From the NCBI GenBank assembly GCA_049650305.1, contig JBARZW010000065.1:10585-74584 (forward strand): a stretch of DNA of 64,000 nucleotides, read 5' to 3'. The notes beneath the pieces are model-generated. The model had not been told where the DNA came from, did not search any database, and was given only the letters and a program-made list of their open reading frames with translations. The translations under genes were made by a program, and so were the position numbers. Below are positions 18,690 to 29,266 of this stretch, one piece after another (position 1 is the stretch's first letter; every line of letters begins with the position of its first letter). Origin of the DNA: Candidatus Promineifilaceae bacterium. GTDB lineage: Bacteria; Chloroflexota; Anaerolineae; Promineifilales; Promineifilaceae.

Positions 18690-19391
18690 CTACCCATCTG
18701 GATTACGAACGCTATGGCGCGTCTTTACAACCAGTCTCACGTAGTTAACCAGGTGCTTCAAGGGATTGATGTGGCTGCTCTCTCCGGCGTAGATTGTCCT
18801 GATGTTTACCCAGTCAAGATCGTATCCTCGCTGGACACAAGTTACGATCATCTCGACCTCAAACTCAAATCCCTCTTGTTGGCTGTCCAACATCTCCTGC
18901 ATGAGACGACGACTAATCAATCGATATCCCGACTGGTTGTCTGGAATTGTTCTGCCCATAGCCCAGGAAAAGGAACGCTTACCCAACCAATTTGCCAGCC
19001 GGCGAACTGGGGGCATATCCTTGAAATCTCTGGCGCCGACGATTAGGTCTGCATGGCGTTCCTTGAACGCGTGAATGAACTCTGGTATTTCGACAGGATC
19101 GTGCTGACCGTCCGCGTCCAAGGTAAGAGCCGCTTTGAACCCCTGCTGAATCGCATGCTTGAATCCTGCCTTCAGCGCCGCTCCCTTTCCCTGGTTCGGC
19201 TGCAACGAAAGCACCTGCGCGCCCGCTCGTTCGGCGACCTGAGAGGTATTATCGCTCGATCCATCGTCTATGACGGCTACGGGAAGGTGCTTCCTTGCCT
19301 CCGCGATCACAGGTTCGATTCGCAAAGCCTCGTTATAGGCCGGGATGAGCACAAGCACAGAATCACCGCTGTTATCGTCAGGGTGTTGCAT
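18690..19391 (-). CDS. Glycosyltransferase family 2
   Basis: VLIPAYNEA, VIDDGSSDNT, LDADGQH, QSGYR motifs. Confidence 0.85.
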   Translation of the reverse strand: MQHPDDNSGDSVLVLIPAYNEALRIEPVIAEARKHLPVAVIDDGSSDNTSQVAERAGAQVLSLQPNQGKGAALKAGFKHAIQQGFKAALTLDADGQHDPVEIPEFIHAFKERHADLIVGARDFKDMPPVRRLANWLGKRSFSWAMGRTIPDNQSGYRLISRRLMQEMLDSQQEGFEFEVEMIVTCVQRGYDLDWVNIRTIYAGESSHINPLKHLVNYVRLVVKTRHSVRNPDG

Positions 19392-19481
19392 CCTTCACTC
19401 CTGTCTGATGGTATGCTGGACTCTTTTCGGAGTATACTTTCTTGTATGCACTTTTTATCCTAAAATCCGATTCGGGCAACA

Positions 19482-20183
19482 GTGATGGCGAGACATATTC
19501 TCATTGTAGACGACGACAAGTTACTACGACGAAGCCTTAGCTTACAGCTTGACCAGGTTGGGTACCGTACAAGCACAGCTGCTAACGCTGAAGATGCCCT
19601 GGCTCTCGCCCGTCGCGACCTGCCAGATCTCATTTTGCTAGATGTTGGCCTTCCCGGAATGGATGGCCTCGAGGCATTGCGGCACATCCAGAAGGAAATG
19701 GACGTGCCTGTGATCTTCGTGACGGCGAGGCGGCGAGAACTTGACGAGATTCTGGGTCTCGAACTAGGCGCGGACGAATACATAACAAAGCCTTTTAATC
19801 CTGATATCCTTCTAGCTCGCGTGAAAGCAGTTCTCCGGCGAAGCAGTCGGCAGCCAGTAGGGCTGGCAGATTCATCAGCTCTAGAAGTTGGTGATTTGAT
19901 CATCGATCCCGCCGCTCACACCGTAATCGCGGCCGGCAAAACGGTCGAACTTACCGCCAGAGAGTTCGCATTGCTCCATGCCTTAGCTCAGGAGGCAGGA
20001 CGCGTCCTCTCCATCGATGACCTGTTGGCAAGAGTATGGGGAGCAGAGTTCTTTGGCGAACCCCAGGTCGTCTACGTCCATATTCGCTGGTTGCGGGAGA
20101 AGATTGAGGACGATCCCCAGAATCCCGTGCGGATCGTTAATGTACGAGGAGTGGGCTACAAACTCATTCCTCAGCCCAATTAG
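19482..20183 (+). CDS. OmpR-family response regulator
   Basis: Receiver domain (ILIVDDD, LILLDVGLPGMDG, KPF) plus a winged-helix C-terminus (LTAREFALL, VRGVGYKL). Confidence 0.9.
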   Translation: MMARHILIVDDDKLLRRSLSLQLDQVGYRTSTAANAEDALALARRDLPDLILLDVGLPGMDGLEALRHIQKEMDVPVIFVTARRRELDEILGLELGADEYITKPFNPDILLARVKAVLRRSSRQPVGLADSSALEVGDLIIDPAAHTVIAAGKTVELTAREFALLHALAQEAGRVLSIDDLLARVWGAEFFGEPQVVYVHIRWLREKIEDDPQNPVRIVNVRGVGYKLIPQPN

Positions 20184-20185
20184 CG

Positions 20186-21595
20186 ATGAAAACTTTACGA
20201 AGTCGTTTCATATTTAGCCACATCATACCTATCCTTGTTGTCATTCCACTGGCCGGAATCGCCCTCATCTACCTTCTGGAAAGCCAGGTGTTGCTCTCTG
20301 AGCTCTCGGATGACCTTACCGAGCGAGCCAATATCATTGCCGAAGCGGTTTCGGGTCAGCCTGAGCTCCTGCAAAACCCAGAATTGGCGGCGTCATACAT
20401 CACCCGGATCCAGCTCAATATCGAAGGGGAAGTACTGTTCTTAGGATCCAAGGGCACCCTGCTGGCAACGAGCGATCCGGATCTCCGTGAGGACATTGGC
20501 CAGATTCCTGAGATCGATGGCCTGGATAGCGCGGTAGCGGGCATTCCCTCGGTTGTTCTCCACTACTCCTGGAGCCAACCTAGTGGAACCGCCCTCGTCC
20601 CAGTTTCTGACGTTAACCAGCAGTTGGTCGGCGTCGTCGGCGTCACAGAAAGGCTGGATGCAGCTGCCTCACAATTTGGCGATCTAAGGCGACTGATCGT
20701 GCTCGCCATCTTGATAGCCCTGGTTATTGGCGTCGGTTTGGCCCTGATTCTAGCCCGTCGCCTGGAACGGCCACTGGTCTCGGTGACTGATGCAGTTGGA
20801 GAGATCGCCGAAGGACGACGCACAGAGCCGATTGCAGAAGAGGGTCCGGAAGAGATTCAGAACTTGATTCGATCGGTGAATGTCTTGGCGGCGAACCTCC
20901 GTTCCCTGGAGGATACGCGTCGCAGGCTGCTTGCCAACCTTGTCCACGAGCTTGGTAGACCGCTAGGGGCCATAAGAGCAGCTATCCATGCTCTAAGGAA
21001 AGGAGCTGCAGAGGATCAAGCGACTCAAGATGAGCTGCTGATGGGTATCGAAGATGAAGTTATTCGCATGCAGCCGCTGTTAGATGACCTGGCTCAGCTT
21101 CATGGTCAGGTCATGGGGCAGGTTAGGATCAACCCGGAGGAAGTCGCGCTTAGTGATTGGTTGCCCCCGCTTATCATCCCCTGGAGGGCTGCCGCCCTTG
21201 ACAAGGGATTGCACTGGGAAGCGCAAATTCCAAGGGATTTGCCGACCATTATTATCGATCCTGATAGGATCGGCCAAGTAATTGGCAACCTGCTTAGCAA
21301 TGCTATCAAATACACGCCGGAGGGAGGATCGGTTCGATTTTCGGCCAGCTCCACCGGTGACAAAACTCGGATCAGTGTAAGCGATAACGGTCCAGGTATC
21401 GCCCTTGGCGAGCATGAGAGGGTATTTGAGCCTTTCTATCGGAGCCAAGATTCTCGACGCTTTCCACAGGGCCTGGGCTTAGGACTTACCATAGCCCGCG
21501 ATCTCGTTGAGGCCCATGGAGGTCAATTGGAGATCTCGAGCCAGATCGGGAAGGGCAGCGATTTTGTGATCATCCTTCCTGTGGAGCCTGATTAA
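20186..21595 (+). CDS. Sensor histidine kinase (TM, HAMP, HisKA, HATPase_c)
   Basis: H-box LVHELGRPL, N-box NLLSNAIKYT, G-boxes DNGPGI and GLGLGLTIA. It starts 3 nt after the regulator stop. Confidence 0.9.
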   Translation: MKTLRSRFIFSHIIPILVVIPLAGIALIYLLESQVLLSELSDDLTERANIIAEAVSGQPELLQNPELAASYITRIQLNIEGEVLFLGSKGTLLATSDPDLREDIGQIPEIDGLDSAVAGIPSVVLHYSWSQPSGTALVPVSDVNQQLVGVVGVTERLDAAASQFGDLRRLIVLAILIALVIGVGLALILARRLERPLVSVTDAVGEIAEGRRTEPIAEEGPEEIQNLIRSVNVLAANLRSLEDTRRRLLANLVHELGRPLGAIRAAIHALRKGAAEDQATQDELLMGIEDEVIRMQPLLDDLAQLHGQVMGQVRINPEEVALSDWLPPLIIPWRAAALDKGLHWEAQIPRDLPTIIIDPDRIGQVIGNLLSNAIKYTPEGGSVRFSASSTGDKTRISVSDNGPGIALGEHERVFEPFYRSQDSRRFPQGLGLGLTIARDLVEAHGGQLEISSQIGKGSDFVIILPVEPD

Positions 21596-24543
21596 TCCTT
21601 TGGAGTCGTCTTCATCGCCTTATAGAGAACCTCGGCTGGATGGATTGCGGATCGTCCAGTACCTTGCATGATTTGCTCGCGGCAGCTGGCGCCAGCAGCG
21701 ACGATGACCGAATTGCCACTGGCCTCTCGAACGGCCGGTAAAAGACGTCGTTCGGCCATAGCAACCGATAGATCATAGTGCTCGGCTTCATAACCAAACG
21801 ATCCGGCCATGCCACAACAGCCGGAATCGACTTCCGTCACTGAGTATCCCGGTGGAAGTGACAGGATTTGCTTGCTCGACTCAGTGCCCGTTAATGCTTT
21901 CTGGTGGCAGTGCCCGTGTAACACGAGATCACGTGGATCATCCTCGAAATCAACATCAAATTCGCCCTTCTCGACAAGCTGGGAGATGAACTCCTCGAAG
22001 GTAAAGGCGTTATCTGCAATCATCTGCACGCGTTTATCATCAGGCAGGAGATATTTGTATTCGTCCCGCATCGACAAAAGGCAGCTCGGTTCAAGGCCCA
22101 CTATTGGTATTCCCTCTTCGGCGAAAGGCGCCAGTTTGTCAACTGTATCTTTGGCCGCCAGCAGAGCTTTTTCCACCAGACCCTTGGATAACATAGGTCT
22201 GCCGCAGCATTGATGGCCCGGTAGGAGGACCTCAAATCCGGAAGCTTCGAGCAGTTCCGTCGCTGCGATGGAAACCTGCGGATAGTAGTACGTGTTGAAG
22301 GTATCATTGAATAGTAGTACCTTCGACTTCCCTGCTGTTAATTGAGAGGCGCCGGCTTTCTGGCGGTTATGGAACCAGCTGGTAAAGGGATGGCGTGCGA
22401 ATGCGGGCATCGACCTCTGGGCACTAATCCCAATGGTGGATTCAATGCCCTTGCGAGCAATTTTGGTTTTAAGCATCCGGTTAATGATAGGTGCTTTGCG
22501 ACCACTGCTTAGACGACTTATTCTTGCGATATCGCCAAATAAGCGTGTCCTGAGAGGCGGTCCGTTCTTCTTCCAGTAACTATCTAAGAAGGCCAGTTTA
22601 ATCTTGGTCATGTCCACGGAGGAAGGGCATTCGGCTTTGCAGGCCTTGCACTCCACACAGAGGTCCATTACCTCAAACATTCTGGGGCTTGTGATATCCT
22701 GAAGCGGCAAAACGCCAGACATGGCGGCTCGCAGGGCATTCGCCCGTCCTCGTGTACTATGCTCCTCTTCGCGGGTTACCATGAAGCTGGGACACATCGT
22801 ACCGGTCGTTTTTTTCCGGCAAATCCCGGCTCCATTACACATCTCGATGGCCCTATCAAATCCGAGCTCGTTTTTGAAATCCACCCCTGTATCAGGCGGG
22901 ATGGCCAGGTAATCTTCCCCGAAGCGCAGGTTCTCGGTCATCGCGCCACCATTAACGACCATCCCCGGGTTCAGGAGGTTGTACCGGTCGAAGATTTGCT
23001 TTACTTGAGCATACAGATTGTAGAGGTCCGGACCGAAAAAGTGTTCGTTGAGCCAACTGCGCGCCCGACCATCACCATGTTCGCTCGATAGAGATCCACC
23101 GTAACCGTGAAGAAGGTCGACTGCAAAAGTAGAAATATTAGGAAGTTTAGCGACCTCTGTGGCTGTTTTGGTGTTGATAAGGGGACGGATATGCAGACAG
23201 CCCGCGCTCGCATGGGCGTAATAAGCGACCTCGGATCCAATATCATGGCAGAAGTGCTCGATTTTTTTCACGTATTCGGCAAGGTGTTCCACAGGCACTG
23301 CCGCATCCTCAATAAATGGAATCGGCTTGTGGTCACCCTTTATGCTCATCATGAGTCCAAGGGCGACTTTCCGGACCGTCCAGATGTTGCTCTGGCGCTC
23401 AGCCGAGAATGCCGGATTAACGGCGGTCGCACCGACCTTCTGCCGCTCGAGATGGCTTCTAAGCTTCTCTACCTTGGCTTTGAGCTCGCTCTCGGTCTGA
23501 CCATAAAACTCCGTAATTAGAACGCAATTTGGCTCTCCTTCGATAAACGTAGACAACAATCGAGCAAACTCGGGAACGTTCCGGCAAAGCGTTAGTCCGA
23601 GGTTATCGAGTAATTCGACCGCTGCCGGCTCCGTTTCCAACATCGTCGGTACGGCAGTTAAGGCAGTGAACAGATCATCAAAATGTACGATAGCCAGAGC
23701 TGTTCGCTGAGGTAAAGGGACTAGATTCAGTTTCACCTCGGTAATGACAGCTAGACTTCCTTCAGCGCCACAGACTAGATTGGCCAGGTTAAATCGCCGG
23801 TCTGATGGATATTTAAAGGTATACCCGTCTTCAGGGACCATCCTGTCCAGATTATAGCCGCCACACCTACGCCAGTGCTGTGGGGTCCCATCTTGGATCA
23901 TCTTTTGATTACTCGGCTCGTCGACAAGAGTGCTGATCTGCCGGTAAATTTCACCTTCCAACCCCCCTCTTCGGCTATGATCCTCTAGCAGATCGGATTC
24001 GACCGGCTTGAAATGAGCCTGGCTACCATCGCTCAAAATGACCTTCATTTCTAGCACGTGATCAGATGTCATACCGTAGAGGATCGAATGGGCGCCGGTA
24101 GAGTTGTTCGAAACGATGCCCCCGATTGCCGCCCTGTTACTGCTTGCCGGATCAGGGCCAAATTGGAGACCATACTCGCGAAGTGATTGGTTTAGCTCAT
24201 CAAGGACGATACCCGGTTGAACCCTCACCCAGCGTTCTTCTTCGTTGACCTCTAGCAAGGCATCGAGATGACGGGTGAAATCAATAACCAGGGCTTCGTT
24301 AACCGCTTGCCCGACAAGGCTACTTCCAGCGGTTCGCGGCAGGAGGGGTACGCCGTATGTGGCAGCAAGCTCTACGGCGGCTTGCACATCATCTGTGGTC
24401 CGAGGAATAAGTACGCCATGGGGCATTACCTGATAAATACTGGCGTCAGTGCTATAGAACATACGGCTGTAGAGGTCTGTTCGAACATCTCGGTCGCTAT
24501 TCGCCGTTAATTCGCTAAAAAATGACTTGAGTTTGTCGTTCAC
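21592..24543 (-). CDS. FAD-binding oxidase fused to an Fe-S/CCG-domain (GlcD-GlcF or YdiJ-like) oxidoreductase
   Basis: 983 aa. N-terminal FAD_binding_4 domain (PRTAGSSLVGQA), two ferredoxin-like Cys clusters (CNGAGICRK, CVECKACKAECP) and C-terminal CCG motifs (CCGRP, CCGMAG). Confidence 0.85.
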   Translation of the reverse strand: MNDKLKSFFSELTANSDRDVRTDLYSRMFYSTDASIYQVMPHGVLIPRTTDDVQAAVELAATYGVPLLPRTAGSSLVGQAVNEALVIDFTRHLDALLEVNEEERWVRVQPGIVLDELNQSLREYGLQFGPDPASSNRAAIGGIVSNNSTGAHSILYGMTSDHVLEMKVILSDGSQAHFKPVESDLLEDHSRRGGLEGEIYRQISTLVDEPSNQKMIQDGTPQHWRRCGGYNLDRMVPEDGYTFKYPSDRRFNLANLVCGAEGSLAVITEVKLNLVPLPQRTALAIVHFDDLFTALTAVPTMLETEPAAVELLDNLGLTLCRNVPEFARLLSTFIEGEPNCVLITEFYGQTESELKAKVEKLRSHLERQKVGATAVNPAFSAERQSNIWTVRKVALGLMMSIKGDHKPIPFIEDAAVPVEHLAEYVKKIEHFCHDIGSEVAYYAHASAGCLHIRPLINTKTATEVAKLPNISTFAVDLLHGYGGSLSSEHGDGRARSWLNEHFFGPDLYNLYAQVKQIFDRYNLLNPGMVVNGGAMTENLRFGEDYLAIPPDTGVDFKNELGFDRAIEMCNGAGICRKKTTGTMCPSFMVTREEEHSTRGRANALRAAMSGVLPLQDITSPRMFEVMDLCVECKACKAECPSSVDMTKIKLAFLDSYWKKNGPPLRTRLFGDIARISRLSSGRKAPIINRMLKTKIARKGIESTIGISAQRSMPAFARHPFTSWFHNRQKAGASQLTAGKSKVLLFNDTFNTYYYPQVSIAATELLEASGFEVLLPGHQCCGRPMLSKGLVEKALLAAKDTVDKLAPFAEEGIPIVGLEPSCLLSMRDEYKYLLPDDKRVQMIADNAFTFEEFISQLVEKGEFDVDFEDDPRDLVLHGHCHQKALTGTESSKQILSLPPGYSVTEVDSGCCGMAGSFGYEAEHYDLSVAMAERRLLPAVREASGNSVIVAAGASCREQIMQGTGRSAIHPAEVLYKAMKTTPKD

Positions 24544-24576
24544 CGTATTGCTCTCTTTGGCATTCCAAATATCAAC

Positions 24577-25695
24577 TCACCTATCCAACCTACACGGGGC
24601 TAATCCCACAGGCAGGGGGTCGGGTCTGTCACAGCGACTATCAATAACAATATGCCGCCCCAGTTCTGATGATTCCTCGATAGCCCTCATGAGGTCCAGC
24701 ACATGGAAGGCCATGTCCCCGTTTGCCCGGTGCTGGCGACCGCTTCTTAAGGCGTAGGCCATATCGGCAACTCCAATTCCGCGACTAACGGTGACAGAAT
24801 GGCTGTGTTGTATCTCAGACCAATCACCGTCGCCTGCCTGGCGTATGCGGACAACTCCCCCAAAATTGTTGGGATCGGGCACGCTTATTGTTCCCTCTGC
24901 ACCATAAATCTCAATCCGTGGTAACTGAGCGTACCAGATATCGAAGCTCATAATGATGCTTCCCACCGGTCCATCAACAAAATTCATCAATCCGGCGACG
25001 TGGGTGGGAACTTCCACCTTGATCTTCTCACCATACCGCTCTTTACTGGTAGCTATTCGTTCCGAGAAAGACGCGCGAGTTACGCTACTTACGCGTTCAA
25101 CAGGTCCGACCAGGTTTATTAATGCCGTCAGATAGTAGGGCGTCATATCAAAAAGGGGACCTGCGCCAGGCTGGTAGAAGAAACCTGGATTTGGATGCCA
25201 GCTCTCGGGTCCCCGCGATACCATGAAGGCCGTCGCTCCTACGACTTCACCAATCCAACCATCGTCGATGAGTTTTCGACAGGTCTGAATGCCGCCTCCG
25301 AGAAAGGTATCAGGCGCGCAGCCAACCAGTAGGCCAGCGTCGTTGGCAGCAGCCAGGATTCGCCGGCCATCACGCCGGCTGGTTGCCAGAGGTTTCTCGC
25401 TATAGACGTGTTTGCCACCATCAAGGGCAAACAGGCTTACCTCCGCATGAGCGTCTGGCGTGGTTAGATTGATGATGATCTCGATGTTGGGATCGGCCAC
25501 CATCTCGTCTACGCGGTAAGCTCTGGGCAACTCGAACTCGGCCGCCTTATCGACCGCTCGTTCAAATATCAGATCCGCACAGCCGGCTATATCGAGGATT
25601 TCAAATGAACGGCATCCCTTGATGTAAGCGCCACTGATATCCCCGCAACCGATGATGCCTACTTTAACCTTGCTTTCCATGGGCCAGTCCTTCAT
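24577..25695 (-). CDS. Gfo/Idh/MocA family oxidoreductase
   Basis: VGIIGCGDISGAY Rossmann motif and the EKP motif (YSEKPLA). The start may be the internal MESKV. Confidence 0.85.
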   Translation of the reverse strand: MKDWPMESKVKVGIIGCGDISGAYIKGCRSFEILDIAGCADLIFERAVDKAAEFELPRAYRVDEMVADPNIEIIINLTTPDAHAEVSLFALDGGKHVYSEKPLATSRRDGRRILAAANDAGLLVGCAPDTFLGGGIQTCRKLIDDGWIGEVVGATAFMVSRGPESWHPNPGFFYQPGAGPLFDMTPYYLTALINLVGPVERVSSVTRASFSERIATSKERYGEKIKVEVPTHVAGLMNFVDGPVGSIIMSFDIWYAQLPRIEIYGAEGTISVPDPNNFGGVVRIRQAGDGDWSEIQHSHSVTVSRGIGVADMAYALRSGRQHRANGDMAFHVLDLMRAIEESSELGRHIVIDSRCDRPDPLPVGLAPCRLDR

Positions 25696-26431
25696 CCGTC
25701 AAATAAGTAAAACTCCTCTCGACCGCCTCTCCCATATCTGTCGCGCAGCGGTCTAACTCTACTATTAGCCACTTGGCATGTCCGCCACTGGCCTGAATGA
25801 CACCGGGGTAATCGACAACCCCATCTCCAACCGCCACCATGGCTGCGCTGGTATCTGTCGCAGGACCATCTTTGATATGTAGAAACGGCGCCCTGGCTCC
25901 AATTTCGGCGACGATATCTCGAGGATCGTGACCTGCAACTTGAATCCAGTAGCTATCAAGTTCAAAAGAGATAGCCGGCTCCAGCTTATCCAGCATAACC
26001 TTATATGGATAGTGTCCTTCTACTTTTTCAAACTCCCACCAGTGATTGTGAATAGCAAACCGCAGGCCATGTTCTCCCGCAATTCGACCGGCTTCGTTAA
26101 ACAGATCACAGGCCTGGAGGATTTTTTCGTAGCTCTGAAAATACCCTCTGTCAATATTTCCACTGACGATCCACTTACTGTCCAGTCCAATGGCTGTTTC
26201 AATGACCTGATTCTTAACATCCCCAAGTGGCAAAGGAAGGTGAGCGCCGGCAACGATCAAGCCCAACTCCTTGAAAATTCTGCTCGCGATCTTAGGCGTG
26301 ATCGACTGGGGGAAGCCGGCTGTCTCAACGCCAACATATCCGATGGCGGCGATCCTATTGGCAATAAGCTCAAATTCCTCTTCCATCTCCTCTCGAAGAC
26401 TGTACAACTGAACTGCGATTGGTGTTGACAC
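25664..26431 (-). CDS. Sugar phosphate isomerase/epimerase (xylose isomerase-like TIM barrel)
   Basis: Family pattern IAVQLYSLRE...GYVGVE...FAIHNHWWEF...LHIKD. Start set at GTG 26431, preceded by GGGAGG with 5 nt spacing; the track ORF begins at 26455. Confidence 0.8.
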   Translation of the reverse strand: MSTPIAVQLYSLREEMEEEFELIANRIAAIGYVGVETAGFPQSITPKIASRIFKELGLIVAGAHLPLPLGDVKNQVIETAIGLDSKWIVSGNIDRGYFQSYEKILQACDLFNEAGRIAGEHGLRFAIHNHWWEFEKVEGHYPYKVMLDKLEPAISFELDSYWIQVAGHDPRDIVAEIGARAPFLHIKDGPATDTSAAMVAVGDGVVDYPGVIQASGGHAKWLIVELDRCATDMGEAVERSFTYLTDEGLAHGKQG

Positions 26432-26581
26432 TGTTACCTCCCAAGAAACAAACAAGTCCGGCGCATCACGGTTGTCACCTCAAAGTATGACCGATCATAG
26501 AAGCTCACTTCTACTCCTTTTCGTTTCATGCTTCGACGTTGCCGTTCCATCACGACTCATATACGCCTTCGACCAAAGAAT

Positions 26582-27325
26582 TTAAAGAAATATCAGCAGC
26601 AGAGCATTTATCAACAGCAAACCTACAATGATTCGCTCAAATGTCACCGCGTCTACGCGGCCTATTAACCAGCGTCCGGCCACTACACCTATCGGAACCA
26701 GGGGGAGTAGCCAGGTTATCTGCCTGAGTAATTCAGAATCAAAAAGATCCGCGTATATGTAAAAAGGTACCTTAATCCAATTTAGAATCAAGAAAAACAA
26801 GGCGGAAGTAGCGATAAAAACCTTAGGGGTCACTTCCTGCATCAGCAAATAAATGCTTACCGGTGGACCACCTGTGTGCGCTAGGGCGGATGAGAAACCG
26901 GTTATAGTGCCGGCGACCAAGCCGTGCCAGTCACGACTCTTGTATACCATCGTGCGAAGAATACGTTTCTCGAGAATCTTATATATGGCGAAGATCAGAA
27001 CGATAACACCCAGTAACGTTCTCAGCGTCTCCGTTGGGGCATTGGTGATTAATACAGTGCCGATGATCACACCTACGATGGATCCCGGGATGAGCAGTAA
27101 CACCAGTTTTCGATTCCAGCGGCCCCAGTGCAAGCCGACGGCAAAAATATCCGCCAGCATAAGAATAGGTAGCACCAGTCCGATGACCTTGTCCGCAGGC
27201 ATCACCAGCGCCAACATTGGGGTTGCCAACGCACCAGCCGTTCCTCCTAGCCCCCCTTTTGAAAGGCCGATCAGAAAGGCGACAACGGCTATGACCAGAA
27301 TTATTAGCGCTGCTTCGCTATCCAT
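26582..27325 (-). CDS. TauE/SafE family sulfite/anion exporter
   Basis: 247 aa polytopic membrane protein with GLSKGGLGG and GGPPVSIYLL repeats typical of TauE/SafE. Confidence 0.8.
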   Translation of the reverse strand: MDSEAALIILVIAVVAFLIGLSKGGLGGTAGALATPMLALVMPADKVIGLVLPILMLADIFAVGLHWGRWNRKLVLLLIPGSIVGVIIGTVLITNAPTETLRTLLGVIVLIFAIYKILEKRILRTMVYKSRDWHGLVAGTITGFSSALAHTGGPPVSIYLLMQEVTPKVFIATSALFFLILNWIKVPFYIYADLFDSELLRQITWLLPLVPIGVVAGRWLIGRVDAVTFERIIVGLLLINALLLIFL

Positions 27326-27557
27326 GCACTTGTGTTACTACGTCGCACCTGATCCGGACGATCAGATCATTCTCAGTGTTTTAGTTGCAGGTGAAAGATG
27401 CGACTGATGTCAGATCCCTCAATAACGGATTTGTGCTTACCGGCGCAGAATGAGGTCGTTGCCGGCTGGGAATTGCCAGGCGAGGGTATAGAATATCGAC
27501 CCGGAAAACAGCTTCTTGTCCAGCCTTACTACCAATTTATACACCTCGTATTCCGGG

Positions 27558-28562
27558 TTAGGAATACCCATCGGCGAATATATCAATCATCAACTTTGGA
27601 TCCCCTAGCGGGTAAAGTATCGGACAGGTCGCGCCGTGATCGAGATATTCGCGTACTTTCGCCTTGACTTCTTCCGGGGAACCGCTCGCAGTGCACATTT
27701 GGACAACATCGTCTGGCACGAGATGCATCGCGTTTTCGATCTCTTCCTCTGTAGCTGGCCAGGTCAAGACCTGGTGAATCTCATCAAGGAGCTCCTGACT
27801 GACTCCGCTTGCCTTCATCAAGTGCGGCTGTTGGCCCAGGTACTGGGTCATCATTTTACGAGCTCCATTTAAGGCTTTCTTGCGGTCGTGGTCTACGGAA
27901 CAGATTACGAGCTGCGGGCGATCGATATCGTCGAGCTTGCGGCCGGCCCTTTTGGCGCCCTTTTCCAGGGCATCCATAGCCTGTAAATTATAATTGGGGT
28001 GAACCAGGTAATTGAGGCAAACGCCGTCTGCAATCTCGCCGGCCAACTCCATCATTTTCATGCCAGTAGCCCCGATATACAGTGGCACGTTTCGGGGTTC
28101 CTTCTTTCCGTGGACAACATCCAGCTTAATACCGTCAACATGATGAAACTCACCCTGGAAAGTAACTGTTTCCATGGCCAGCAGGCGACTCAAGACCTCG
28201 ACTGTTTCTCGCATAGCTAACAACGGCTTTCTTCGCCGAATGCCGACTTTCTGAGCCAGTGGATCCCACCAGGCCCCAATACCGCAGATAATCCGATCTT
28301 CTGCGAGGTCGTCCAGGGTCAGAAATGTGGCCGCAAGCAGGCCAATGTTTCGAGTCCAATTGTTTGTCACTCCGCTTGCCACTTTTATCTTGCTTGTTGT
28401 CGCGGCAAAGGCAGCCATTGGCACTATTGCATCGCGGACCAGCCTACTTTCTGCCTGCCATACCGCTTCAAAGCCGTTTTTTTCTGCATATTGGACAAAT
28501 CCAATAGCATCATCCAGGTTATGGGCATCCTGCATGTATAATGCAACACGATCAGTTGACAC
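27558..28562 (-). CDS. LLM-class (luciferase-like) flavin/F420-dependent oxidoreductase
   Basis: Luciferase-like TIM-barrel pattern ([17 protein letters not shown]). The suggestion of F420 dependence rests on adjacency to cofC/cofD. Confidence 0.75.
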   Translation of the reverse strand: MSTDRVALYMQDAHNLDDAIGFVQYAEKNGFEAVWQAESRLVRDAIVPMAAFAATTSKIKVASGVTNNWTRNIGLLAATFLTLDDLAEDRIICGIGAWWDPLAQKVGIRRRKPLLAMRETVEVLSRLLAMETVTFQGEFHHVDGIKLDVVHGKKEPRNVPLYIGATGMKMMELAGEIADGVCLNYLVHPNYNLQAMDALEKGAKRAGRKLDDIDRPQLVICSVDHDRKKALNGARKMMTQYLGQQPHLMKASGVSQELLDEIHQVLTWPATEEEIENAMHLVPDDVVQMCTASGSPEEVKAKVREYLDHGATCPILYPLGDPKLMIDIFADGYS

Positions 28563-28609
28563 GATCTTCTCCTATCGATTAGTTCCAAAAATGAGCAGAA
28601 CCGGCATAG

Positions 28610-29266
28610 TTAGCTGCTCGACACGAGATTCATCTGCATCGACAGATATGCATTCCAGTCTTCCTCAGTGTCGATGTCGAACTTGATACCTGATGCTTCT
28701 ACAATCCTCGCTGACATCCCCAATCTGGAAGCCTCCTCAAGATGAAGATTGAAGCTGTTCGGGCCATATTGAAACGTAAAACCAGTAGGTGGGCAAATGA
28801 GGAGAGCATTACTACCATCACGATTGTGATCACTACAAATAGCAATAGCCCGGTGTTGGCAACCACCATCCCCACTCTTTCCTACCACAACTTCCTCGGT
28901 CGCCGGTTCAATCATCTTTTCGACATCTTCGGTGGTAATGAAGGGAAGGTCAGCCGGTATTATCAAGATGCAATCTGCCTTCTTCGCCGCGGCTATATGC
29001 GATGCACGGGTTAAGGCGCTATTCAAACCTTGCTTATCCGTCTCGCTGTAAGTCGATGCACCCCCATTCCGGGCAACCTTAAGGGCTTTCCGATCGCGAC
29101 TTACCACCAAAATGCGGTCAATGTCATTTACGCCGACCAGCACCTGGAGGGTGGATTCCAAGATGTGGCTCGTCAATGCCGCCCGTTCGTCGGGCGACAA
29201 GACATCTGCCAGACGACTTTTACTGTCGTGAAGTGGTTTAACTGGAATAATCGCCCAGATAATCAT
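28610..29266 (-). CDS. cofC: 2-phospho-L-lactate (or PEP) guanylyltransferase CofC/FbiD
   Basis: N-terminal WAIIPVKPLHDSKSRL and later ILIIPADLP. Its start overlaps the cofD stop. Confidence 0.75.
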   Translation of the reverse strand: MIIWAIIPVKPLHDSKSRLADVLSPDERAALTSHILESTLQVLVGVNDIDRILVVSRDRKALKVARNGGASTYSETDKQGLNSALTRASHIAAAKKADCILIIPADLPFITTEDVEKMIEPATEEVVVGKSGDGGCQHRAIAICSDHNRDGSNALLICPPTGFTFQYGPNSFNLHLEEASRLGMSARIVEASGIKFDIDTEEDWNAYLSMQMNLVSSS